Assembly: GCA_048939015.1 (NCBI GenBank)
Contig: JBHLPW010000048.1
Location: 1-38,946, forward strand
Direction of reading: 5' to 3'
DNA: 38,946 nt
Origin: Promethearchaeota archaeon
GTDB taxonomy: Archaea > Asgardarchaeota > Lokiarchaeia > Sigyniarchaeales > SOKP01
The notes below the pieces were generated by a model. The model was given only the letters and a program-made list of their open reading frames with translations, had not been told where the DNA came from and ran no database searches. Below are positions 28,336-37,092 of the stretch, one piece after another. Position 1 is the stretch's first letter. Each line of letters begins with the position of its first letter. The position numbers and the translations under genes are program-made.

Positions 28336-31300
28336 TCATTTCAATTTCCAGTGTTTTCTACCCATTTTAATATCAACGAGTACTTCTCCCTTCCGTTCTA
28401 ATTCTTTCAATTTCAATTGAAGGTATCGTGCATCCATCATATCTTTAATTTTTAATTTGAAAATTAGATGTTTTATACTTTGCCAGTCTTTTGATAAAAC
28501 TGAGACAATTTTATCAGTGGTTATAACTGGTAATGTTGTTTGAGTAGATTTTGGTATTGGTGTTGGTATTTTTGTAGATATTGGGGCACGTTCTTTTTTA
28601 ACAGAAGTTTCTATTGGTTTGGATTCTTTTGGGATGATTTCCGAGATGATAGGTTTAATAATTTCTGCTTTCTCAATGTCTCGTTCAGTTATAAATGATT
28701 GTAATATTTTTTCAATAATATCGTTTTTCCTTTCTTTTGATAGTATTACAATATTATTTTCTTCGCAATAATCTTTAAGTTCTTTCACTGTCCAGTTAAG
28801 CAAGGTTTTTTTAGAAATAACTTCTTTTTTTACTTTCAGTTTTTCAGAAGGAATTTCTTCTTTAATAACTATCTTTTCTTCAGTAACTTCAATTTCCTCT
28901 GGTATTTCTTTTGAAATTTTTACCTCTTTGACTTCAGCTTTCTCGGGTCTTAAATCTTGTGCAAAAACTTTAGGAGGTTTTTTACCAATTGCTCCTTTCA
29001 TTAATTCTTCAAGTTCTTTAATATCCAATCTTGCTTTAAATTTACTTTCTCCTTGATAAGCGATATTATACACACTTTTGATAAAAGTGGGGATATATTT
29101 CTCTATTAGACTTGCTCTTTTCTCACTTTTATGAATTTTTGCTCTTCTATTAATATATACTCGTAATCTTCTTCCTATGGCTTCAAGACAATATTTTATT
29201 TCTTTTATTAACTCCTCATCATCTGCAAGGGCATTTTTTGATTGCGACTTAAACATTAAATGTACAAAAGGTCCAGAAACATTAACTAATAATTTTATTG
29301 GGCCTCTTGGTAAGCCATTATCATATGTTTCGAGATTATAATTCTTCCAATTTACTGATTGAACTGCTTTTGATATTGCACAATCTGCATTATCTCTTAA
29401 TTTAGGAGTTCTATTAACAAATCTCGATAATACATCTCTTGATCGTTTAGGCGTTTCTATGTTTCTGGAATATGCCATTACGGCTTCAACTACATATGCT
29501 AATCCTTTTCCACTTGTAGGGGCTCTCGTTTCAGCTGCAACAAAATCATCATCCTTTGTAAAGGTTTCAAGAAAATAATCAAAAACTTCACGATAACTTT
29601 CAACAGAATCGATATCTGAATAAGTAATAAAACCATCTATTGTTGATTTTAATTGTTGAAAATCTTGAGAATCGTCTATAATTTCAATATTTCCTAATAT
29701 TTCAGAATTTAAGTTTATAAGCTCTTCTGAATTCATATCACTATCAGTAATTTCAATTCTACCTATGGTTTCGGTTGGTGAGTCAAAGTCATCAATATTA
29801 TCAGAAATTTTTAAACCAATTTCTTTAATTAAAGTATTTTCTAAAATCGATTCTCCCACTGGTATTGCTGTATCTGTTGGAGGAGCCATATATTTCATTG
29901 ACTTAAAAGCTAAAAATAGAGAATTAAATTGCTCTCTTGTTAGATCAACAGGTTTTGCTTTAGACAATTCGACTTCATTAACTAAACTTTCAAGATCTGC
30001 TCTATTTTTAGACTTTTTAAGCTCAATCAATCCTTCCTTAGTATCTTTAAACAAGTTATTTAAATTTGTTTTTATTCTATCCTTTTCTTTCCTGATATCG
30101 TCAATATTATTTAAGAATTTTTTGATTTCTGTTTCAATAGCCTTAATTTCTTTTTTTGTTTCAGTTTTATCAATTCTATTGTTTAATTTCGCTATTTCTT
30201 TGTTTACCTTTTCAAAATCTTTAACACATTTATTGTAATTTGAAATAAAATCCCAATATCTTTCCTTCAAGATTTCAGATTCAACTTGATAAATTATTAT
30301 TTTCTCTCGAGGTTTTGTAGAACGCCCATATACTCTCATTTCGTAACGCATGAAATAGATTTGATCAGGTTTTTTCTTAACAATGTTTACAAAACCATCT
30401 TTTAATATTAATAAATTTAGTTTGTCTTGTAGATCTCTTTCAGCAATATCTACAATTTCTTTAGCTATTTTTGAACTCATCCTAACAAAATTTTCTTGCA
30501 AAAAAGCTGAAATGGTTTTATTTTCTGATTTTGTAATTAAATCTTGTAGATCACCTATGTTAACGGATGAAGGGTGAGGTTTAGCATATTTTGGTTCTGG
30601 TGGGAAAGAAGTAGCTAGTCTTCGGTAGATTTTTTCTTTTCCCTCAGGATCAATGTAAATAATTGTAACATGGGGATTCATAAATGCTGTTTCTTGGATG
30701 TACTTTTCAACATATCCTTTGACATATTTCACATTTAAATAATTGAGTTTAATATAAGTACCATGTAAAAAGGGACTATCAATTTCTGTTGGATGGATCA
30801 AATATTTTTTTTCATTTTTAGAAGTGGTGAAAAATTCTGAGCACATAGCATATACCTGGTCACTTGATTTTGAAACTGTAACCACTGGTTTACCAGTGGT
30901 GTTTTGAGCATCACTAAAAGCACTTGGTGCTCCGAATCCTTGACTTCCTCTAGTCTGTTTTAATTCCATAGATTTTGATGAAGCAAGATATCGTCCAAAT
31001 TTTCTTAAATCGATTTTTGACATTCCTGTACCATTATCGAAAATTTCAAATATATAACTCATTATATTTTTCTGACTAATTTCCGAAGTTAATAATGAAG
31101 GTGCTTCATATTCTCTAAGACGAACAATTACTATTGGTTCTAGATCAATAATATATTCAACAGGTTTAATTATCTCTTGCATGTCATCAATAATCCTTTT
31201 GACTTCCTCCTCTACTTCTAATTCTTCTTTATCGATTATCTCTCCAGATTCTTCTTCTCTAACTTCGATTTCTTGTTTAGTAGAGGAATCAGATTCAGTG

Positions 31301-31638
31301 GATTCAATACCAAATTCTTGCATTAGAGTTTGTTTTGCTTCATTATCTAAATGTTGAGATCTTTTTTCTTCCTTTGCTGCCTCAACGATCGAGAATTTTT
31401 CTAGAAATAATTCTTGATCGAGAGAGAACGCAATTTTTGAATCTGGTTTTGCTAATTCTTTCCATTGAAAACTTTCAATTGCATCCAATGCATTATCTAT
31501 AAATTCTGCACAATATTGAACATGTTTCCAATAACCAAACTCAAAACCAACTAACTGAGTTCTCTTTCGCATATATTCTGCGATCGTGCCTTGTTTAATT
31601 TTTTCTTCTTCTTTGGATGTAATTTTAAACGCACTCAA
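28336..31638 (-). CDS. top6B: DNA topoisomerase VI subunit B, greatly extended (1100 aa)
   Basis: GHKL motifs EFIDNALDA, DNGTG, RGSQGFG, HGT; NPH, KPHP; transducer RFVNRTP, WKNY, KSQSKNA; 11 nt upstream of top6A. Confidence 0.93.
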   Translation of the reverse strand: MSAFKITSKEEEKIKQGTIAEYMRKRTQLVGFEFGYWKHVQYCAEFIDNALDAIESFQWKELAKPDSKIAFSLDQELFLEKFSIVEAAKEEKRSQHLDNEAKQTLMQEFGIESTESDSSTKQEIEVREEESGEIIDKEELEVEEEVKRIIDDMQEIIKPVEYIIDLEPIVIVRLREYEAPSLLTSEISQKNIMSYIFEIFDNGTGMSKIDLRKFGRYLASSKSMELKQTRGSQGFGAPSAFSDAQNTTGKPVVTVSKSSDQVYAMCSEFFTTSKNEKKYLIHPTEIDSPFLHGTYIKLNYLNVKYVKGYVEKYIQETAFMNPHVTIIYIDPEGKEKIYRRLATSFPPEPKYAKPHPSSVNIGDLQDLITKSENKTISAFLQENFVRMSSKIAKEIVDIAERDLQDKLNLLILKDGFVNIVKKKPDQIYFMRYEMRVYGRSTKPREKIIIYQVESEILKERYWDFISNYNKCVKDFEKVNKEIAKLNNRIDKTETKKEIKAIETEIKKFLNNIDDIRKEKDRIKTNLNNLFKDTKEGLIELKKSKNRADLESLVNEVELSKAKPVDLTREQFNSLFLAFKSMKYMAPPTDTAIPVGESILENTLIKEIGLKISDNIDDFDSPTETIGRIEITDSDMNSEELINLNSEILGNIEIIDDSQDFQQLKSTIDGFITYSDIDSVESYREVFDYFLETFTKDDDFVAAETRAPTSGKGLAYVVEAVMAYSRNIETPKRSRDVLSRFVNRTPKLRDNADCAISKAVQSVNWKNYNLETYDNGLPRGPIKLLVNVSGPFVHLMFKSQSKNALADDEELIKEIKYCLEAIGRRLRVYINRRAKIHKSEKRASLIEKYIPTFIKSVYNIAYQGESKFKARLDIKELEELMKGAIGKKPPKVFAQDLRPEKAEVKEVKISKEIPEEIEVTEEKIVIKEEIPSEKLKVKKEVISKKTLLNWTVKELKDYCEENNIVILSKERKNDIIEKILQSFITERDIEKAEIIKPIISEIIPKESKPIETSVKKERAPISTKIPTPIPKSTQTTLPVITTDKIVSVLSKDWQSIKHLIFKLKIKDMMDARYLQLKLKELERKGEVLVDIKMGRKHWKLK

Positions 31639-31897
31639 AAAGTAATTTCTTTATCAATTTTAATTAAAACATATTATAAATATATATACATTTATTACTA
31701 ATTTAATTAAGAAATCAATATGATTTTAGACATTAATTCTTAATTCTAAGTATTCAATTTCTTGTCAAACTTTAATTCTTTCTTCACTTCTTACAGTAAA
31801 TAATTTAATATTTAAATATTTTCATTAGATAATAAATTATAATATAGGTTGATGATTTTCCAAAGAAAATTCTTAATATCAACTCTATAGAAAAAAT

Positions 31898-33178
31898 TTA
31901 AGAGTTTCTTGTTTGATACGATTGTAAAACAACATCAATTATTTTAGATGCTATATATCGTTTAGTGTTTCTCTCTACATGAGTAATATGTTTTTTTTTG
32001 TCTATAATAAAAACTTCATTATATTTACTGCTAAAACCTATATCTTGCCTTCCTATATCATTTGCTACAATTAAATCGACCTCAGATTTAATGAGTCTAT
32101 TATATGCACGTTCAATTAACTCACTTTTAGAAACATTGGTTTCTGCTTTAAATGCGACAATAAATAGACTATAATCTTTTTTTCTGGCTACATTAATTAT
32201 TTTTGGAGTTAATTTCATATTTACTTGTAATTCTTCTACATTATCAGATGAAATTTTTCCCTCAATACATTCAATTGGTTTATAATCACTTACTGCTGCT
32301 GCTGAAATAAAAATATCATAATTATTTAGTGAGATTTCATCTTTAACAGCTTCTATAAAATCATCGGTTGAAATAACACGTTTAATTTTTAAATAATTTG
32401 GAAGTTTTGCCATGCACTCACCAGCAATTAGAGTTACATTTGCACCTCTAGCAGAAGATTCTTTGGCTAACTCAACCCCCATCCTTCCTGAGGATTTATT
32501 AGAAACGAATCTAACTGAATCTATAGCCTCTCTAGTCGGACCCGCAGTAATAAGAACTTTCATTTGGTCTAGATCTTTTTTAGTGACTAATAGATCTATA
32601 ACCCTATCAATTATATCATCAATTCTCGCGATTTTTGCTTTCCCTTCGGAAATTCTTGGACCTAAAATCTCCACTCCGCAATCCCGTAATTTCATTTCAT
32701 TTTTTTCTAAGATAGGATGCCTATACATACTTTCATGCATTGCCGGGACAATTACGATTGGTAAGGAAGATCCAAATGCAGTTGATGCTACTGTTGTAAC
32801 TGGAGTATCATCAATTCCATTTGCTATCTTTGAAATTGTATTTGCGGTGGCGGGACATATTAAGATCAAATCAGCTTTTCCTACACTTCTAGGTCTATCC
32901 CCCGCGAGATAAACATGTTCAACTGCTCCAGTTAATTTTGTAATAACCTTATTTCCTGTTGCCCATTCCATTAAAGCAGGGTTAATCAATTCCGTAGCAG
33001 CCTTTGACATGACACATATTACTTCAGCTCCCAATCTCATAAGTTCACGGGCTACAATAGGAGATGAAATTACTGCTACTGAACCTGTTAAGCACATACA
33101 TACTGTTTTTCCTCTAAGAATTGTTCCTTTACTTTCAGAAATATCTTTTGAGGGGTGTTGAAAATTATTTCTTGACAT
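31898..33178 (-). CDS. coaBC: Bifunctional phosphopantothenoylcysteine decarboxylase / synthetase
   Basis: HPSKDI N-terminus, LTGSVA, CPATANTISKIANGIDD, PAMHESM, TAGPTREAIDSVRFVSNKSSGRMG, AAVSDY, FKAET, IVAND. Confidence 0.97.
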   Translation of the reverse strand: MSRNNFQHPSKDISESKGTILRGKTVCMCLTGSVAVISSPIVARELMRLGAEVICVMSKAATELINPALMEWATGNKVITKLTGAVEHVYLAGDRPRSVGKADLILICPATANTISKIANGIDDTPVTTVASTAFGSSLPIVIVPAMHESMYRHPILEKNEMKLRDCGVEILGPRISEGKAKIARIDDIIDRVIDLLVTKKDLDQMKVLITAGPTREAIDSVRFVSNKSSGRMGVELAKESSARGANVTLIAGECMAKLPNYLKIKRVISTDDFIEAVKDEISLNNYDIFISAAAVSDYKPIECIEGKISSDNVEELQVNMKLTPKIINVARKKDYSLFIVAFKAETNVSKSELIERAYNRLIKSEVDLIVANDIGRQDIGFSSKYNEVFIIDKKKHITHVERNTKRYIASKIIDVVLQSYQTRNS

Positions 33179-33323
33179 ATTATTATAATTTTTTACTAAT
33201 TTTCAATTAAATGCAATCAATTAAGATAATCGCACCATTATTTTTTTATTTATGCAAAATTTTGTTAAAAAAATTATTTTTCCTTCTAATATAATTTAAA
33301 AATTTCAGATTCTATTTGAACCG

Positions 33324-33671
33324 CTATTGTTCATTGCCATCTTTTAGATAAATTCCTATGTAGATAAAACTTCCACTCGATCTTGCGACCCAATACACAT
33401 ACTCGGACTCGCCTAATTTTTTGCTCGCATCATCAAGATTAGATGATTCCGTAGTACCAAAAATTAGTATTCTCATCGCATTTATTGCTTTTAGACTAAG
33501 CTGAGTGGTGAAGCTCCCAATCACTCCTAGATCAATCATGGACTGTATTCTTTTATGCACGGCATTAACTGATAAATTTACTTTTTCTGCCATTTCACGA
33601 TACCGGATTCGTGAATTCTGAAGCAAAAGAAGGGATAGAATCGCATCTTTTTTGTCCATATTCATCTCCAT
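33324..33671 (-). pseudogene. Lrp/AsnC-family HTH regulator, apparently C-terminally truncated
   Basis: MDKKDAILSLLLLQNSRIRYREMAEKVNLSVNAVHKRIQSMIDLGVI is an AsnC HTH; the effector domain stops at 115 aa and AT-rich non-coding-looking sequence follows. Confidence 0.6.
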
Positions 33672-33813
33672 TTTTTATTCATTATTCAATTTAAAGGGAT
33701 CTTTTTTCCTGTGAACATTTGGATAAATTTTCCAAAATTCTTGATTTATTTTAGTTTTTATCCGCTAAAAATGAGCCCAAGGTAACTTTGGAAAGAAATG
33801 CCGTTGAGAAGTA

Positions 33814-34839
33814 TCAGGGCATTCTCCCATTTTTAACTACAACTGACTCTGCCCAGTTACATATGCTTTTGAGGATTAGTGGCTCAATTTCTCTGTTCAT
33901 TTTACTTATGTAGCTTAATTGACTAGACTGATAAGGCTCAAACTTTAACAGGTGATCAATGTTCGGGAATAACAACAGTCTTATGTTGCTATTTCCTGAA
34001 TTCTCCAATGCATCTCTAAGAGTTAACGCGTTGTTAAAAGGTACTTGAAAATCTTTTTCGCCTTGTACAATCAATATAGGACATTTCACTTTCTTAATTG
34101 TCTCCAGAGGATCATGTGCAAAATGCTCACGAAACCATTTAGTATAAACCTTATGCCCTTCAATTTCTACATATTCATCACCACGCTTAACCTTCTCAAT
34201 CAGCTTTTTAACTATTTCTACTGGATCAGGGGTATGCATTACCCTCAATTTCTCTTTTTGTTCTTGTGATAGCCTGCTGAGCATTTCTTTGGTGAATTTT
34301 GCTTGTTGTATCATAATATTGTCAAGCTTCTGGCTTGTTCCAGCACAAATAACAAGTGCAGCAATAGTAGGATCCTCTACACACAAAACAGGACCAATGA
34401 TTCCACCTTCACTATGCCCTAATATAATAATTTTTAAAGGATCTACCTCTGTTCTAGTACGTAAAAATCGGATTGCTGCATGAGCGTCTGATATGAAATC
34501 TTTGAAACCGGCTGTTTTGTAATCTCCTTCGCTTTTACCGATTCCTCTCTTGTCATACCGCAATGTAGCGAAGCCCACTTTTACAAAATAATCAGACATT
34601 TGATTAAACACATTAAGTTTGTATTGACTCACATCTAAGTTGAAAACTTTCAATGTTTTTACAAGCTTTTCTTTATCATTCGAAGACATAAGGATTAAAT
34701 CTGGATTCTCATCTCTATCGTTCGGACCTGATCCATGTACGAACACGAAAGCTGGGAGTTTTTCTGCATATTTATCGGGAATAGTCAAGGTTCCTGCTAA
34801 GTTGATATTCTCATTAGCGATACTAACTTCAAATTCCAT
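33814..34839 (-). CDS. Alpha/beta-fold hydrolase (serine aminopeptidase / esterase-like)
   Basis: VHGSGPNDRDE, RYDKRGIGKS, nucleophile elbow GHSEG, GEKDFQV and IDHLL give a Ser-Asp-His triad. Confidence 0.92.
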   Translation of the reverse strand: MEFEVSIANENINLAGTLTIPDKYAEKLPAFVFVHGSGPNDRDENPDLILMSSNDKEKLVKTLKVFNLDVSQYKLNVFNQMSDYFVKVGFATLRYDKRGIGKSEGDYKTAGFKDFISDAHAAIRFLRTRTEVDPLKIIILGHSEGGIIGPVLCVEDPTIAALVICAGTSQKLDNIMIQQAKFTKEMLSRLSQEQKEKLRVMHTPDPVEIVKKLIEKVKRGDEYVEIEGHKVYTKWFREHFAHDPLETIKKVKCPILIVQGEKDFQVPFNNALTLRDALENSGNSNIRLLLFPNIDHLLKFEPYQSSQLSYISKMNREIEPLILKSICNWAESVVVKNGRMP

Positions 34840-34860
34840 CTCTATTTCAACCCAAATCTA

Positions 34861-35232
34861 TTAAATGATTTGCAATGATGGTTTTATAGCATCATTGATC
34901 TTTTTCGCCATAGCTTCCTTATCATCCACTTCAAAAACGATCTTCTTAAAATGTTCATGATCCAAAGAGACAGTAATACATTTATCAGGGTCATGCATCT
35001 CAAAGAACATCATACCTTCAGAAGTCAGAAATCTTCCATCCTTAATAATTGTTGGAAGACGAGTACCAATTAACCTCATCTGGAATTTTGGGTCCAGAGT
35101 AACATGTTCTGTTGATACAGAGGTTATATGTTTAAGAGGAACTCTTATTTTCCTTTTAATACTAAGTATGGTATCAATTCCGTGTAATTCAAAAATAAGA
35201 TCTGATTTATCAGTTTTAACAGTTCCTACCAT
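34861..35232 (-). CDS. Hypothetical protein, probable PH-like beta fold
   Basis: 123 aa; IRVPLKHITSV, RLIGTRLP and a C-terminal helix; AAGGAG SD upstream. Confidence 0.7.
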   Translation of the reverse strand: MVGTVKTDKSDLIFELHGIDTILSIKRKIRVPLKHITSVSTEHVTLDPKFQMRLIGTRLPTIIKDGRFLTSEGMMFFEMHDPDKCITVSLDHEHFKKIVFEVDDKEAMAKKINDAIKPSLQII

Positions 35233-35242
35233 TTTTCTTATT

Positions 35243-35248
35243 CTCCTT
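35243..35248 (-). promoter_or_regulatory. Shine-Dalgarno AAGGAG
   Basis: 10 nt upstream of the ATG at 35232. Confidence 0.55.
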
Positions 35249-35428
35249 AATTATTTTTAAATTAAACTGACAATTAAATATTTAAACCAATGTGTAAAAA
35301 ATTATAAAATATGGTAGAAAAATTAGTTTAAATATGGTGAAAAATCTAACTTTAGAACAATGGAATAGGTTTTAGGATATGGTTTATGTTATATTTATTG
35401 TGTCGGAACTGTATTAAGTGCAGATCCT

Positions 35429-36355
35429 CTAATGATTAAATGAATTTCTAAATTTGTTTAAAAATATATGAGAAATGTCTTGAATTATTACTTGAATTAA
35501 TATTTCATTATACAACCGTACTAATGTATTAAACATTTTAACCCATACTATTTTCCACTCTTTTGTAAAGCACTGAATTTCAATAGGGGGTAATTTTTCT
35601 CCTTTTGTTAGTTTTTTAAATACATCTTCGAGTAAAGAACGTTGATTGGATGGGAAATTGATAAATTCTAGAAACTTTTTATTAATTAGCTCATCTTTAT
35701 TATACTCGAATAATTTTTCAGTTAAGTAGTTACATTCTATTATTCTTCCCTCAAAATTGAGTAATAGAATTGAATATGGCGATGTTTTGAATATATGACG
35801 AAACTTCTGTTCTGCATCTTTTAGAATAATTTTTTGTTGTAGAAATTTTTCTTCCAAATCCTTATGGAAATCTTCTGTCTTTAAAATCCGATATGGAATG
35901 TTAAATCTTTTTAATAATTCTTCCACAACACTGAGTTTTGCTAAATTATTTGAAGTAAGTTCAAATACGGGAGTTGGCTCAGGAATTTTGATAATAGTGA
36001 AAAGGATTGCTAATCTATTATTATAATAAAAATTTATGGAAAAAACTTCGATCCATTTTGGTTTACCTGATTTTAATAAAATTCGACATTTATACCTTGT
36101 TGTGTTGTAGTTTTTCTCCTTTAGCTTAGTCTCAATTTTTTTTCTTACTATAGATAAATCATCGGGGTGGATAATTTTCCTCCAGAAATCTTTTTCTTGA
36201 ATTTCATTAAGAGAATATCCGAATTGTTTTGAGATTGTGGTATTTGCATATATGATTCTGCCATCTTGAAGAACTCCGATTCCTAGTAAAGAATTATCAA
36301 TAAAATCTTTCTCGGAAAAAATATTTTTGCATATCTCGTGATAACTTATGGTCAT
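35429..36355 (-). CDS. Tandem PAS-domain sensor protein without an output domain
   Basis: PAS1: QDGRIIYAN..FGYS..IIHPDD..KSGKPKWIEV; PAS2: FRHIFKTSPYSILLLNFEGRIIECN..IIQDIS; no HisKA or HATPase follows. Confidence 0.85.
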   Translation of the reverse strand: MTISYHEICKNIFSEKDFIDNSLLGIGVLQDGRIIYANTTISKQFGYSLNEIQEKDFWRKIIHPDDLSIVRKKIETKLKEKNYNTTRYKCRILLKSGKPKWIEVFSINFYYNNRLAILFTIIKIPEPTPVFELTSNNLAKLSVVEELLKRFNIPYRILKTEDFHKDLEEKFLQQKIILKDAEQKFRHIFKTSPYSILLLNFEGRIIECNYLTEKLFEYNKDELINKKFLEFINFPSNQRSLLEDVFKKLTKGEKLPPIEIQCFTKEWKIVWVKMFNTLVRLYNEILIQVIIQDISHIFLNKFRNSFNH

Positions 36356-36549
36356 TTTCTAATACAGTACTCAAATTATTTTTTAAATTAAGGTTTGCTG
36401 AAATATGAAAATTTCTTTAATTTTTTTTTGATAAATCCATCATTATATCTACTTAATTTTTTTTCTCTTTTTTACTTGTTAGATTAAAAGAAAATACATA
36501 ATCCATTTTTTTCTTTTTTAAAGATATTGGTTTTATTAATTTAATTAAT

Positions 36550-36590
36550 AAAAATAGGGAGTTTATCATTTAAGATAACTCCCTATTTTT
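36550..36590. terminator. 17-bp inverted repeat (hairpin), terminator-like or operator
   Basis: AAAAATAGGGAGTT(T)ATC-ATTTAA-GATAACTCCCTATTTTT, one bulged T; about 75 nt past the stop of the 92-aa gene. Confidence 0.6.
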
Positions 36591-36664
36591 GGAAGGGATT
36601 CAATGGATTTGCGTTTTTTTTATTAACATAAATAATATTTTCTGTTGTTTTATTTTTAAATGAA

Positions 36665-36943
36665 TTAATTTTTAAGATCCTTAAGAATATCATAGAAAAT
36701 TGAAGAGTTTATTAATTTCCTACTTTGAGTCGATATATTATCAAATAAATCTTCCACTCGTTTAAAAGTACCATTCTTTTGATACATTTTTGCCTCTTCC
36801 ATTAAAAGAAATTTACTGATAAAAGGATTCAATAATACTAATATTTCTCTAAGAGAATCTATAATATTTGCTATAATTTTGAGTTTATACTTAATAATCA
36901 ATTCATAATCAACAATTTCTTTCTTATTATTGTCTTTCCTCAT
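36665..36943 (-). CDS. Small helical hypothetical protein
   Basis: 92-aa ORF with a strong SD (GAGGAGTGA, 36950-36958) 6 nt before the ATG. Confidence 0.7.
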   Translation of the reverse strand: MRKDNNKKEIVDYELIIKYKLKIIANIIDSLREILVLLNPFISKFLLMEEAKMYQKNGTFKRVEDLFDNISTQSRKLINSSIFYDILKDLKN

Positions 36944-37092
36944 AATCTATCACTCCTCAGGTTTATATTAACTTTATTTAGGGTTATTCACTCTTTTTAA
37001 AAAAAAAATATGGAATTTATCCACCTTTATTAGTATTTTATATATCGTTTTAGTAGTTGGCTTGAATCTATTCGTTCGTATTTCACTAGTGT

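Noticed and set aside
29548-31470. Inteins as the explanation for the Top6B insertions
   Set aside because: No C/S-start with HN-C/S/T end and no LAGLIDADG blocks; the inserts are acidic or coiled-coil.
36665-36943. 92-aa protein as the detached HisKA domain of the PAS protein
   Set aside because: It is helical but has no His at all, so no H-box; no HATPase is nearby.
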